From contig NMRA01000107.1 of assembly GCA_002633005.1 (NCBI GenBank), forward strand, positions 227,492 through 291,491: 64,000 bases of DNA, read 5' to 3'. The position numbers were made by a program, and so were the translations under genes. This DNA comes from Phoronis australis (Eukaryota; Animalia; Phoronida). Positions 35,701-49,315 of this stretch are shown here, piece by piece (position 1 is the first letter of the stretch; the number at the start of each line of letters is the position of its first letter). Below the pieces are notes generated by a model. That model saw nothing but the letters and a program-made list of their open reading frames with translations, was not told the origin of the DNA and did no database searches.

Positions 35701-38700
35701 TCAGTGTACTGGTTCTAGGACTATTCTTACTCTCCGTGTTGGTTCACGGTTACTCAACTTTTAGTGGCTGGATCTCCAGGATTGTCCTAGAGGTGGATAA
35801 AGGATTTTGAGTTATAGGGCAGAGTATTAGTCAGGGTTTTAACAGTTGGAAATTGGCACCACCGAACTGCCAAATCGAATCTGGGAGAATTTTAGGGAGG
35901 TCATGGCCTCTTGGCCCCCTACTGAAATCCGCCACTGTGTCTCCCCACGTGGGAAATTTGATACAGATATGGTGGCATCGGGAGGACGGGGGCGAGGGGG
36001 GGAGGGGGGTAGCGGAGGTGGTGGCGATGTGGGAGTTATTTGGCGACGTCGAAATGGTTTGTGTCCCCCAATAATTTCTGCCTTCCTACGGGCCTGTCAG
36101 ATATATGTTTGAACCCGAATTTATAGTGAGGCAGAATACGCACAGACAGCTGTTGAGAGGTACATGTATGAGGCAGAGACGTGGTGGTACGTCTTGGTCT
36201 AAATGTACGGTGTGCACTGTTATGCCGACCTCAATGGAATGCCTATGCTGTTCCCACTGGATGGTGACTTGAGCACCCAAACCGCTTACATCCCGCCGCG
36301 TTACTCCCTCGCCGCACACCTGGCACCTTCTAAGTAGCTCCAATACTTTAGTCAAGTCCACAATAAACTTATCAAATTTTGGCTCACCGGCCTGTTCACT
36401 GGACGACGAACTGTCCTCCTCGCTGGGTGTCGAACTGGGCCTGTATTCATTGCCTCCCACTACTCGACATCTCTGCAGGGCTGCTTACAGGCTCTGGGCT
36501 GGAGACAACACCAGCACAGGGCAAATCACTGCAAGTTCCCAGAATTGCACGCTCTGGGTTACTTTCGGATGTACGGATGACATTAGATGAATGGGCTCCA
36601 GTGATTGTAGAGGCCACAACTCGCTTCAAACTGCACTCCTCGGTGGTGGCACTGCCGGAAATCAACAGCGTTGTTTTGCAGGAGCCTTCCTCCATACCGC
36701 GTACACTGCGTATTTCTTTCATACTCCGACGGCAGAAAAGGCTTGCTAAACACACGGTAATTTTCCACTGCTTTGTACGTTGTATGGACGGGTAAAGCTG
36801 TGTTATTCACATGTACGAGCCTAGTACGGCGGAGTGTGTCATCTTTCAGAAAGCGATGTAATGGCATACCCGAAGTGCGCGTGAGACGATAATGAGTACA
36901 TCCCGGTACGAAGCGGCCGTGTAGCGTGTTGACTGATTCGTAAACAAACGTAAACGACGACTGAACTTATCACAACCAAGGTAAAACAATGACAGCTCAC
37001 ACAGTCAGACTATATGAAAACAAATGGTGGCTTATTCTTAAGCCCCTAAACATCACTTCCGGGTAAGGCACGATTAATTAATAAACTCACGGGAACCCGT
37101 TATTAACTGAAAAATACATCTGGGATAATCAACGAACCGTATTTTTACAAAATATCACATGAAAAAATGTTGTCTTCTCCTTACAAGTGCTATGCGTGGG
37201 TCTTTACTCAGCGGCAGAGCAATTATGGAGCTAAGGGATGGGATTCTGAGCTACAGTGTGTACTGCTGTATTTTGTAACATTACTTCCCTCGCCGAGAAT
37301 GTCCCTTTAAGAACATTACTGGTTTATGAATTCGCATGCTCTGATGTCAAAGTATTTGCAATAAGGCTGCCTCGGATTTTACTTTGATAAAAAATGCCTT
37401 TGACGAAACCAAGGCATTACTGTTTTATGCAAACAAAATATGCTAATGTGGATGGTCCTTAAAGGTTCTTGGAACACAAAAAACAAACTTAATTGCATTA
37501 TTTAGACTAATTCTCTGTCACTGAAACAGAATTCAGCCTGCTCACCAGGTATTTTACGGCTTGTTCGAAAACATTGTGACTTTCTTTTGATATGAAGGCA
37601 TTTTTCTTTTCGTTTCAAATTTCAAAAAAAAAACAATCTGTCAACTGTTCGTCACTTCGTCGATTTTTCTTCCACAAGACAAAGCACGACTGCTTATCTG
37701 ATATGACAAAATATAGACATATTTACCTTATATGGAAAATGTAACCTTTGACCTTTGATGTAAACAAAACAATGGCAACTACAAGCAGCAGGCAATCCGG
37801 TTAAGAGGCAACTGTTGTAAGTCCTAACTGTTAGTTATAAAGGTACCGTAGTATCAAAATATTAAGTGCACTATTATTCTTAGAAAATTGTTTGCTTCAC
37901 TGGCATGTCTCATACTGTGCTGTCGACCTCAGATTCGGAGTGCGATCACACATGATATTCTGCCGTTAATAACCTTAGTTTGTCGAATGACTGTGAGCGC
38001 ATGCGCACATTTATCTAAATGGGATGGAGATTAGAAACTCTGTGGTGACTACAGTTTTCCTTTGGGTATTTTAAAAATCGTGAACTTTGTGATTTTTTCC
38101 CTGAAATTCCCTCACAATGGAAAGTGAATAACTTTGTAGTAAACGTTGCGAGATGGTACTTTCGTCAGGAATTATTTAAACGATATTTTTCGCGTTCCAT
38201 GCCTCTTTAACACGTCTATAGAACGATGAGTGATGAGCACACTGAAAGCATACACAATATGCGAAAAATAACAGAGATGTGCTACGTAAGAAGTGCGAAA
38301 TGTTCTGTCATAAACACCAAAACTGATGACAAAAGTAGAAATTGTGCCAATTATGCCACTTGGCCGAATTGACAGTAAAACCAAGTCACTGCGAGTCGCT
38401 CAACTAAAACGTGAAACTAACTCATGTGATGAAGGGGCTCATTTTTTACAGCTGTTTTCAGGTAATAATGACTAATGAATTTCACAGTTGATTCAAATGC
38501 TGTCTAAATTTTGGCTTTATCTCGAAACTTTCAGTTGATCCTGTTTCTCAGAATCATATGAAAATTATGGCATCATTTCTAAGAAGGAAATTAGTTTAGT
38601 GTTCGACATTTTATAAGTTAAATGACTGACGATGGTAAGAAAATTGACACGTTTTATAGGAGGGAGCCTACATGTTGTCGACACTCATTCTCTGTGGACT

Positions 38701-41700
38701 TTATTTGATCAGCGCCCTTATGGTCGTCTTCGGTGTGAAGGAACGCCAAGGTATGTTTCCTGCAATGACACAAGGTTTGTGTGTTTATTTTTCCAAGCAG
38801 ATCAGGTTTTACACAGACAGATCGTCTCGGTGTTTTTCATGCCTTGGGTGGCATCTGAAACAAAGTAGAAAATATTCATGAAAGCTCCTGGTCACTTGTT
38901 CCGTGATGTCATTTATTGTCTTTGATTTATTGTTCTCGTTTAAATTAAAATGTCAATTGAATCCCCCCCAATGTACGAAACGCAATTCGATAATCGTTTT
39001 CTGTGAATATAATAGCTATACGAGTGTGTTTATTTTACAATTTGAAAAGCCGGTACTTCGTCGTGGACATCAAGCTCTATGGATTTTTCGCTTTTTGGAG
39101 GCAAAAGTAACCGCGCAAGAGACATGGCATAACGCAGTCCATTTAAATATGTATATCCAGTAACAGAAAACAGTTTGCGTTGAGGTTGCGACGATTTTGT
39201 AGGGTAATTAAAGCAGCTAAACCCACATTGGCCGTCAAGCAATTTGATTTCGACCATTCATTAGTTTAACACTGGTCACGGCTTGTTCCTTACTCAGATG
39301 AGAAATCGTTTCTGCTCATGGAAAGATCTAATGCTAATAATTATTACCGGAGACCACCACTTCGCATAAAATGCCACCTCGCGTCTGAGAAGCCAGCTTA
39401 TCTGACTTGGATTCAAGTAGCAGTTACGAAGTAACAGTTCTTTTAAGCCTTGAAATCGCATCCAGAATGATTATAGGAAAAATGAGTTCAATTTCATAAC
39501 TGTAAGTAGACCAGACCAAAAGTTATCATTTTGACGAAAAGCGGGCTTATATAACCTTTCAGTAAGCAGGCTTTTACCCGGTATAAGCTTCCGGTAAGCG
39601 GGCTTATGTACGCTTCCAGTAAGCGGGCTTATATAGGCTTCCAGTAAGCGGGCTTATATACGCTTCCAGTAAGCGAGCTGATATACGTTTCCAGTAAGCG
39701 GGCTGATATACGTTTCCAGTAAGCGAATTGTTGTCACACTTTCTTCAAGGCGATGTTGTGGCAGACCAGCATAATGAAATATTCAAGGCGATGAAGCTGG
39801 TCTTCAGTCACGGACCCTACGTTAAATTGATGTTCGCCTTCTTATTCGTCTCGCTCGCGATAGCGGTAAGTACGTCAACTGTGACTGTGATGGTGACAGT
39901 GTATTGGCTCACGTATACACATTTCTCAGTAATACCCCGTCACATCGGAGGTGCGGTACCACTGCGGTGCTTGTACTGCATAAACCGCAGTGGCACCGCC
40001 ATGATCGCCGTGGTTCCGTAGTGGTTCCACCATTGATCGCCGTAGCACTTCGGAAAACTCTCGAAACCGCGCACCTTCGCGGTGGCACGGCGGAAACTTT
40101 GAACATGTTCAAAACATCCGCAGTGCCACCCCGGTCGGGTTGGGTCAATCCGCCGTGGGATCGCCGCGACACCGTCATGACCATCGTGAAGGACCGCAGT
40201 AGCACCTCAAACACCGCCGTGCAATGGACGAAAACCTAGACTGGCGACCTTACGGCGATTCCGTTGCGCGAAGAAAAACACATGTGTCGATGGTAGGCTG
40301 GAAAATTATGAAATACTATTGGCGGTGTCACTACGATGATGGGGGTTTTGACCAAAACCGTAGTGGCACCACGCGTCTGGTGTGACGGGGGCATAACTGG
40401 AATTTCCTGGTACAGGGGACTCCCCAACTATTGACCCATGGGTTTGTTTGCGGAAAAATGTCGGCCCGCTATTAAAATTACTAGTATTTCAAAATGAAAC
40501 TGTTGTCGACGGGACTCATACATACATGTAGGCCTACACATGCGCGCACCTGGGGGGGGGCTGCTCGGGGGGCTCGAACGAGCTCCCCCCATTTGGCGAA
40601 GTGGGCAAAAAGGTTCTCCTCTGAGAAACAAAAAATCCGAGAAAATGAGACAAAACGCGCAATTCACAGTGGTGGCCCCGTTTTTTTTTAGTCCGCCTGC
40701 CTTTATGTTACCAAAAGGTTCACAGCGGCAAGGATTTCAGCCCCCACATTGAAGGCCGGGTGCGCGCATGTTACACAACGCTTCATGGGAAACAGGGCGT
40801 AGTTTATTTGAGCATGTTTTTGCTTACCTACAAATGAAACGGTACCATAAACTCTATAAGCTACATATATACACATATATTGGTCCTCATTCCGTGTCGA
40901 TTTTATCAACAAATTGTGTAGACATTATGGCATTTCCAAATATACGCCATTGGGGTTACTCTTGGTAACAGTAGCATTTCGCGTAGTAGTCAAATCGGGT
41001 TGCAGCTGGCTTCGTGCTCTCCGTTGATACAATCTTGGGCGATTTCATAAGCACTGGAAACCTGGAAACAGCGGAAAGAGATACGAAGAACGATTACATA
41101 GGAACAGGTAAAAAAGCGAAAGCAGATTAAAATCTGGTTATGTGTTCTATTTATTGCTTTGGGGCAATGTGGGTATTGATGACGTAAACTGAACAAGGGA
41201 AAGAGAGTTCATGTTGAAAGCGGCACGGTCATCCTTAATGACAATGAGCGAGGAGTTTTGGACGGCCAGAGTGAGGAAAACTGGTGAGGACCTGGGGAGA
41301 GTGTGCATGGTGACTGCCTGGTAAGGATACTGATTTTAACGATGGTGGGAGTACAGGGAAGTTGGATTGGGGAACGGTCAGTCAAATGAAATACCAACCA
41401 AGTGAGGAAAACATGGGGCAAAGTACATTCAAAGCATCTCATCTCAAAGAACTTGCGTTGTCCCGTGCGCGCCGTCATTTCAATACCCCTGCTAAGATTT
41501 CTCATAAACTTCAACCTCTAGCGGTGGCGAATCTTTCCGTTGGTAGACAATCGGCGAACTATAAAGAACCAAAACAAAGGGGCCTGTCCCAAAACATGAA
41601 CTAAAACATGGCGCTGTATGGGCTTAAACGGTTTGTTTGTTTCATATTGTTACCACAGAATGTTTTATTTGAAATTTCAGATAGTTCAAGGCAATCTCGC

Positions 41701-44700
41701 TCTTTTCTACACGCATACTCTCGAAATTGGGAATCAGTTTGCCACTTTGATATTGGTGCTGCTTGTAAGTATTATAGTCACAAAAGGAACCGATTTGTGG
41801 TCGCCTAGAAACGCTACTTTTGAGCTGGCGACTTTATAACGGGTACAAATCCACCGTCCTTCACAAAAACAACCTTTGATTGAAATCACTTGCCGTTGTA
41901 AAATTGATCTTATCGTATTCCTTTTTAAATTGGAGGTAATTTCATGTCCTCGGAAGGACTGTCGGTTCTTTATTGCTCGAGTCCAGCCTCTGTTAGTTGG
42001 CTTGCCTCGGCGTGTAATTTTAAATAGGCATGGATGGCTAAAACTCGTCAATTGAAAAACATCTTTTAAACCATTTCTGACGAAAGTACCATCTTGCACC
42101 GTCTACTACAGAGTTTCACAGTTCTCCTTGGGAGGAAATTTCTAGAAAAAAACTCAGAAAAAATTCACGATTTTTGAAATACGCGCTATGAAAATTCTGT
42201 TGTCACCACTGAGTTTCTAATCTCCCTACCACTTAGATAAATGCGCGCATGCGCTCACAGTCATTCAACAAACTAAGGATATTACGGCAAATTATCTTGT
42301 GTGATCGCACTCCGAATCTGAGGTCGGCAGCGTAGTATGAGACCACTTAAAGAAGTAACGAATTGTTCTAAAACTTGCTGAATTTCGTTAAATACTTTTA
42401 CCACAATCAGTCAACACCTTAAGTGAAATAAATATCAGACAAATTTGCAAATTAATGAACTTTTGAGAACAAATGTGGCGGCTCTCGGCCCCTACATTCT
42501 TCTCAGCCACGGTTCCCCAACTAATGTCCCCCGTATTCAATGCTTCCAGTCAGGGTACTGTTGTTCCCATGCTACGTTGTGTATAATTTTCGATATTTTC
42601 AGATATGTTCCATCGTACTCATTCCATTCTGGCAGTGGTTTTTGTCAAGATACGGCAAGAAAACTGCATTTGCAACAGGAATTATAGTAGGTGGCTTAAA
42701 AATTAGTCCTAATTCCAACTATGAACTGTTCCCGCTTATGCGAATGAGGAGTCGTCATGGTATTTTGTGGGCCAGTGGCCGGTTGCATAAAATGGTCTCA
42801 ATACGGATTCAGCTACGAACTTTAAGTTCAGTGCATTTGTGGAATTAATTTGTATTTTCACCATAGTTATATTTTTCTAACGCCATATCTTTATGCTAAA
42901 CTCCTCTTTTACTTATGGCATTTTCTAACAGTATATCTGAAATCTGAGCCCTTATTTCACTGAAAATAAACAGGGACTTAGTCCTCAAACTAGGCCTTCT
43001 ATGAAAAGGTACCTATTATCGTTAATAATATTAGGAATTCAACGTTTACCTACGGTACTAAATCTTGACAAAACACTGTACATGAAGTAGTTGAAGTTCT
43101 AGGTAACATAGTGAAATGGGACTGCCACTCCATGCAAGCGGCCACAGAGCCAGTGACCAAGACTTGGACAGACACTTGTTGTTTTGTAGTGGTTATTAGT
43201 TTACTTATTACAAGGGCGGCGCACTATAGGAGGCTGAGGGGTTATAGCTCGTCACTTATATCACTGCTGCGCCGCCCATGTATTATTGTACTGATGTATC
43301 AGTCTGAAAAATCCATAGCAAACAAACGTGCTTTTAGATCTGATGTTTCTTGTGTGAAAATGACCCGACTTCTCAGCAACGCAATGCGTCATAACTCAGA
43401 CGCCAACATAATTAGCTTTCTCTACTCTTAGGAAAAAATCTTCATAAGACATGGTCAGTCAGTCAATGTTTCTGTTCGTCGTACAGATACTGTTTTTATC
43501 GAAAAATTGTCATGGAAACAACCAGCTGAGTGCGTTTATTTAATTTACACAAACAACCAAGCCAGAAACCAACAAGGGTTTGCTCTACGTTCGAAAATAT
43601 TTAACATTTATTTACCCACCAGTCGTCAAGTTCAACGTGCCCCTGGCAGGTACCTGTATCTGGTTGTACCATGTGCTCGTCAGTGATTGGGGGTAAAAAA
43701 AGCTGTGTATCAGCCAGTCTTGTGTCAGCAGTAGCTTGCCGGGAAATAGACAAATGACACACGCAAGATATGCTCCTTGTTATTAAAAAGTTGCGCGTTT
43801 TTATGATTCACCTGTAAGTTTTGCACTCTTCGGAAACGAGGTGATTTCAGATGGGTATGCTGTCTTTTTAACAAGTTGGGATATCCTCATATCCCAAGAA
43901 CATTGTACAGGAAGTAGCACAACAACCGGTTCGCAAAATTCATTCGTACAGGTTTCAGTGAAACTGCTGCCACTCTTTTTTATTGTCAGTCACCATCGTT
44001 ACTGAGATGTTATGAGATGCAGATTTAGTTATCACTGGTCACCATGATTCATTATTCGTTAAAGGTTCTTATCGTCATCCTATTCTGCTTGCTGTATATA
44101 AACGACAACCTTATAGCGGCTTACGCGCTGGCCAGCCTCGCAGGTATCTCCATATCCGTGGCCTTTCTACTGCCGTGGTCCATGCTGCCTGATACTATGG
44201 ACGAGTTCATGCTGAAGACAGGGGACAGGAAGGACACGATATTCTACGCATTCTACGTATTCCTTAGCAAAGCTGCCGCTGGGATATCTTTGGGACTATC
44301 TCAGTTAGCTTTACAGTAAGTGTGATAGGCCAAGTTGCAGTGGACCACAGGCCACAGGATGTTTAAAAAACAATCCTGTGACCATTTTGGGGGTGATTTT
44401 TTGATATCACAAACTGTTATATTTTTAAAGTAAAAACTAGCACATTTCCATGAAATTTGACTTTTAAATTTGACTAATTCTGCAAATTGGACACGAGAAC
44501 ATAATAAAAAACAATGAAATTAGATGACCATAAGGAGGACATTGTAAAAAAACTTCTTTTAGTTATATTAAATTGGAAAAAAATAAACAGATTTTTATTT
44601 TTCTGTCATTTGAATGCATGACGTACGTCACTTGGTGGTGAATTTAAAACTACCATAAATAATCATAATCATAAACATTTTAATCCTGTTATTGAAATTT

Positions 44701-47700
44701 TAAACAGAGATGTGTTACCAAACTGAATGTTGCAGTTAATTTGATATTATCCTTCAAACTGACACTTGTGGTTTTCACCATCCAAACAGAACACCCTCAA
44801 ATTTTAGAATTGTTGTTTGGATTTATTGTGCTGCTGATTTGACTTTGTTTTACAGGAAACTGTATTTTCTAAAAATAAAACTGATTGCAATACCAAAATT
44901 AAATGAAAACGGAGGACATCCCTAAATCTCCAACCTTTTCCTTTTCCACTGCTTCTCAGCCTCGTCCCCAAGCCTCAAAACGGCGCTGTTCGGTTTGTCC
45001 ATTTTGGGCTTGGTGAGGAGAAATTTACCAACCTCGTCCCCAAGCCTCAAGATGGCGCTCATTGGTTTAGCCATTTGGGGCTCGGTGAGGAGACATATCC
45101 CTACTGTCAGCTGATTGGGTGTAGACGACGTTCACCGCTGACAATAGCGACACAAGAAATACTCCAAAAACTTGAATCTCTGTAGTACCATGAGTTTTTG
45201 AAGACGCTTGCCTTTGCTTTTTGATTGTGGAAAATTTGAGTGTTTTGCTTCTTTGATAAGGTAAATTTGAGTGATTTTTTTCTGCGTGTTGAAATGTGTT
45301 TATTCAGCCCGCACTTTTACTTAATCAACGCGTAGTATTGCTTAAACAACGCACTGAATTAGTTATTCGACGCGCTGAATTGGTTCATAAACGATTTTCT
45401 TTGTGCTCTTATTCAACGCTTAGTGTTGCTTATTTAACGCGAAGAATTGGTGTCATTCGTTAATGTCCAATCAAAGACGAGATACAATCATGCCAAGAAT
45501 TCTACGATAACACTTGGTTTACCTCAAAATCCAACTGCTGCCTGGTGGCTTGGTAATTGGCCCATAATGTTGCACACGCAGCAGAATTAATGAGGAACAT
45601 ATTAGTGCAAAAATAAACAAACGGTTTGGGTTGTATATGTTCCATTTCTGGTCCAAATTTCAAAATTCAAAAACCTAACCACGTGTGCTTTTCACGAACT
45701 ACTTAACAAACTTTTAAAACCAAAATATAAAAATACTACTGTCGCCCCCAATGTGTTTATGATGATTTCATTAACTAGAGAACGAGAAAATCAGCAGCCT
45801 GGGGCGATTTAATTAACCACAGAAGCATGGTGTTTTTGATCTAAACCGGCAGATTTTAAGGTTCGCAAACCGGTCGAGTTGCCCAATCCTGACCGATTAG
45901 GGTGACAACGTTGGATTCTTTTCATTGTCAATACAATGTTAAAGGCGCCATTATTTACGTGCTCACTTGAACAATCTTCGAAACTGGCCTTGCACGCATG
46001 TAGAAAATCATTCGACATTTTGAGATTTTAGAGCACGGATGTGATTGGACTATATAAACTGATTAAAAGTACACGTCGAATAAGCAAGAGTACGCGTTTA
46101 ATAAGTACAGAAAGGTATTCGTTTAAGAACCATCTCAGCTCGTTTAATAACTACGAGTTGATTAGGCGAAAGTGCGCGTTGAATAAGCACATTTCAGAGC
46201 AAAAAGGTACTCTTTTAATAACCTGTTGGCGCTTCAGACAAATGAAAGCTGCTGACGTACTTATTGTGAATTCTGATTTATTGAAAGCATCATTGCATGT
46301 TATCCTGCTTTTGAATTCAAATAAATTAATTTCCCAATGATCTAAATCTGAATTGCTAATTTTAATTTTTTGTATTGTACTACAGCAAATTTCAAATGTG
46401 ATATAACTTAATATCACTCGTGATATACCGAAGATCTCCACAAAAACATGTCAGAATTCTGCCAAGTAAAATTCTTGTCACCAAGGCTCAAATGGCTAAA
46501 CCGATCAGTTCCATCTTGAGGCTTGGGGATTGCTTCTCAAACAATGTTCCCCCTGTCACTTCATAATACCTTTTAATTCCCGACTTATGGTTGTGCATCA
46601 GGTGCATGAGTCCTCATGCGCGAAACGATACTTTTCAGGGGGTCTTTGAAATCAGCTGCAATCACAGGGCACTTTTCAATGAGCAGGGTAAGGCAAACGC
46701 AAAATTGAAATGAGTTTTGGCCGGCTTTTTGTAATGACACCGCTGGGTACCCCGTGGTTGCGTTAGTATTTATTATACGGCTGGTATAGACATTATTTCC
46801 TTCTTGTTTCGGCTTTTAGATGGGACGATGAGTTCATAACTAGTTTACATGACTGAGAGTGAGGAGGATGCCGTTAGTGAGAAGTTAGTTTCCAAGTCTC
46901 GTTTTAGCACAGTTGTTGAATTTTCCTTTTTAAAAAAATACGATCGCAAATTAGGTCAAAATACACGTTTAGTGGGAAACGCAAAAAATTTTGCTACGGT
47001 TATCAAAAAATCTGAATCTCCCGTAAAAAGAAAACTTGGACTAATGCTCAAATATTGGAGATACCGCTCGTGGTTAAGACATGCGTCGCAGCAGCGGGTG
47101 ACCGAGAAAGGATTCCATTACCGCGCCTTTATTGCAGCTACGATCTCCTAAACCCCAGTCCTGTCCCAGCAAACATCAAACCCGCGATACAAATCTTGCT
47201 ACACTCGCGCCCCTGAACTCCATAAATGCATCGAAAACGCTCACACCCGGCAGTCAAACTACTTTCCCGAGAACGCCCTCCAGTTTCGGGGACTTCAGCT
47301 CACCCGCACTCCGACTTCGTTGCTGGAATTTAGAGGCATCATCAAAGCCATCGAATCAGTTCCACCCTGCTAATGTTAATGATAGTCATGGATAGATAGA
47401 TCTACGATGCACACGTAAATAGTATTCCAATGCAATCTTTTTGACGAAGAATTATGATTTTCAGCTACTTCCATGCGGTCATTTCTGAGATATCTGGTAC
47501 GTCATTCTTCAATGAGAGTTTGCATAGGCCTAATAACCAGTAATGCTTTTTCATGCAATGTTAGCCCCCTGTTGGTGATGATGCCGTAAGAAACAAATGC
47601 TTTACGAACAGGTTATGAGGTGATTAACTCTTGATTCGGAGTCAATAATTCTCAATTTTTGTTGTTCATGCTTCGTTTCACATGATATCAATTGCTTCAA

Positions 47701-49272
47701 TGGCAGCGCAACTTAAACGTTTTTTAAACTTTTTGTGAAGTATTGCAGAACTCACTCAGTGTGCCGCGTTTTATTTCAGAATTGGGGGCTATCAGACGGG
47801 TGCGTGCAGCCAGTCGGACTCTGTGGGTCTCACACTAAGGATGCTTGTGTCCCCTTGTCCCATAGTGTTCCTGCTCATTGCGTTGATATTTCTGGCCGTC
47901 TACCCAATCACTGAAGAGAGGAGACGGAAAACGCAGCAAGCGCTACTCGATAGAGCCTGGTAAGTAATCGCCTGCATGCATCCGGGCCTTGACGGCGCCT
48001 GGTGATGTATAAGTAGGCCTATACATAAAAAGTCCAAAATACCTTCTAAACAAAAGACGGAGACATTTCAGACAAAATTCGGGGTTAATTTTTGGAACAT
48101 ATTTTATGTTCAACGTCTTCGAAACGGGGTGACTGCAACGGAAAAACGAAAATTTGACTGTTATACATGGGCGGCGCAGCACTGAAAAAAGTGGTGGGGT
48201 ATTATAGCCATCTTCAACCGCGTGGAAAATTGTTTACTACTTATTAAAGGTCAAAGGTTACGGAGCTGTCACTCAAATCGAATCTACCGCCTGGCATGTT
48301 CCCACATTATTCACACTCCTTTCATTTACCGAGTCATCATAAGATTGACTTAACGATGTGCACATAGCATGCAAGATGCGGAAAACGAAGAAAACGTATT
48401 TTCAATCCTGAGAGAGTTGCACGTCGGCGTACATACGAGCGTCGATAAAGTTATGACGAATGCACCCAGTCGCTGCCCACGTCTGCACAGGAAAGTCGTG
48501 AAGAAAGACAAACCCTCAACCAAATTCATTTATTTCACTGGTAACGTGACCTTTTGATGTTTTGATCTCGTGCTCACGGCGCGCTTTAACCACAGATACT
48601 CCATTTCTATTCCACATTTCGTAATTGGTTTCTTTCAGTTTTCCCGCCGCGTGCATCGAAATGTGATGTGTACTACAATGTACTGTTGACCTATTTTAAT
48701 AGGTCAAGAGTTGAACTCCTCCCCTGACCTAATTTCACTTGATGTATCGTAACCCGACTTGCAAAATTAGTGATAATTAAATGAATTACGCACTGACAAT
48801 TCAGCTGACATTACGAATGACTGTATAGATTATATTGACCAAGAACATACTTTCACCGAATAATGAACCGGAAACCTTCACGACTCCTAAGCAGCTTTTT
48901 CTCGGCTTCGGCAAATCGACGTATTTGAAAGTACAAGTTCTTGAAACGGCTCGGTGAGTTTCACTAAAAGTTTCCAGTTTTTGTATTTATTCAAAAATCT
49001 CAAAAACATTGCTAGGATTTTCCTTTTATCGCCTAGTTCTTTCGTACCGTAAGATAGACGAATACGACAGCTATTTTTTATAAAAATACCTCTCGTTTTG
49101 CTAGTTAATTTTGACATAGAAACAAAACTTAATGAGTAATCGAAAATTCCTAACAAAGTTTTGGAGGCGAATTGTGAAGTTTTTCATTTAAAAGGGGCTA
49201 CATTAAAATCGAATAAGGATTTATTTTCTACCTTTCTTAAAAATGAAAATTTGACTTGAAAAGGTGTTAACG

Positions 49273-49315
<43 letters not shown>

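Larger units (their letters stand above)
32020..37181 (-). mobile_element. Kolobok-like element copy 2, opposite orientation, interrupted by a 3.7-kb insertion (MFSD2 intron 6)
   Basis: Same TIR after TTAA at 32016-32019 and its inverse ending at 37181. Segment 36100-37181 is the reverse complement homologue of 23398-24560, with minus-strand peptides PLHRFLKDDTLRR and KFIVDLTKVLELLRRCQVCGEG. Segment 32020-32240 matches the right end of copy 1. Confidence 0.75.

Noticed and set aside
39540-39724. Regular short repeats as a CRISPR array (also 34570-34752 and 55426-55506)
   Set aside because: Units are head-to-tail with no unique spacers, context is eukaryotic intron or intergenic DNA, and there are no cas genes.
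39904-40239. Overlapping 100-aa ORFs on both strands
   Set aside because: GC-rich palindromic MITE interior with few stop codons.
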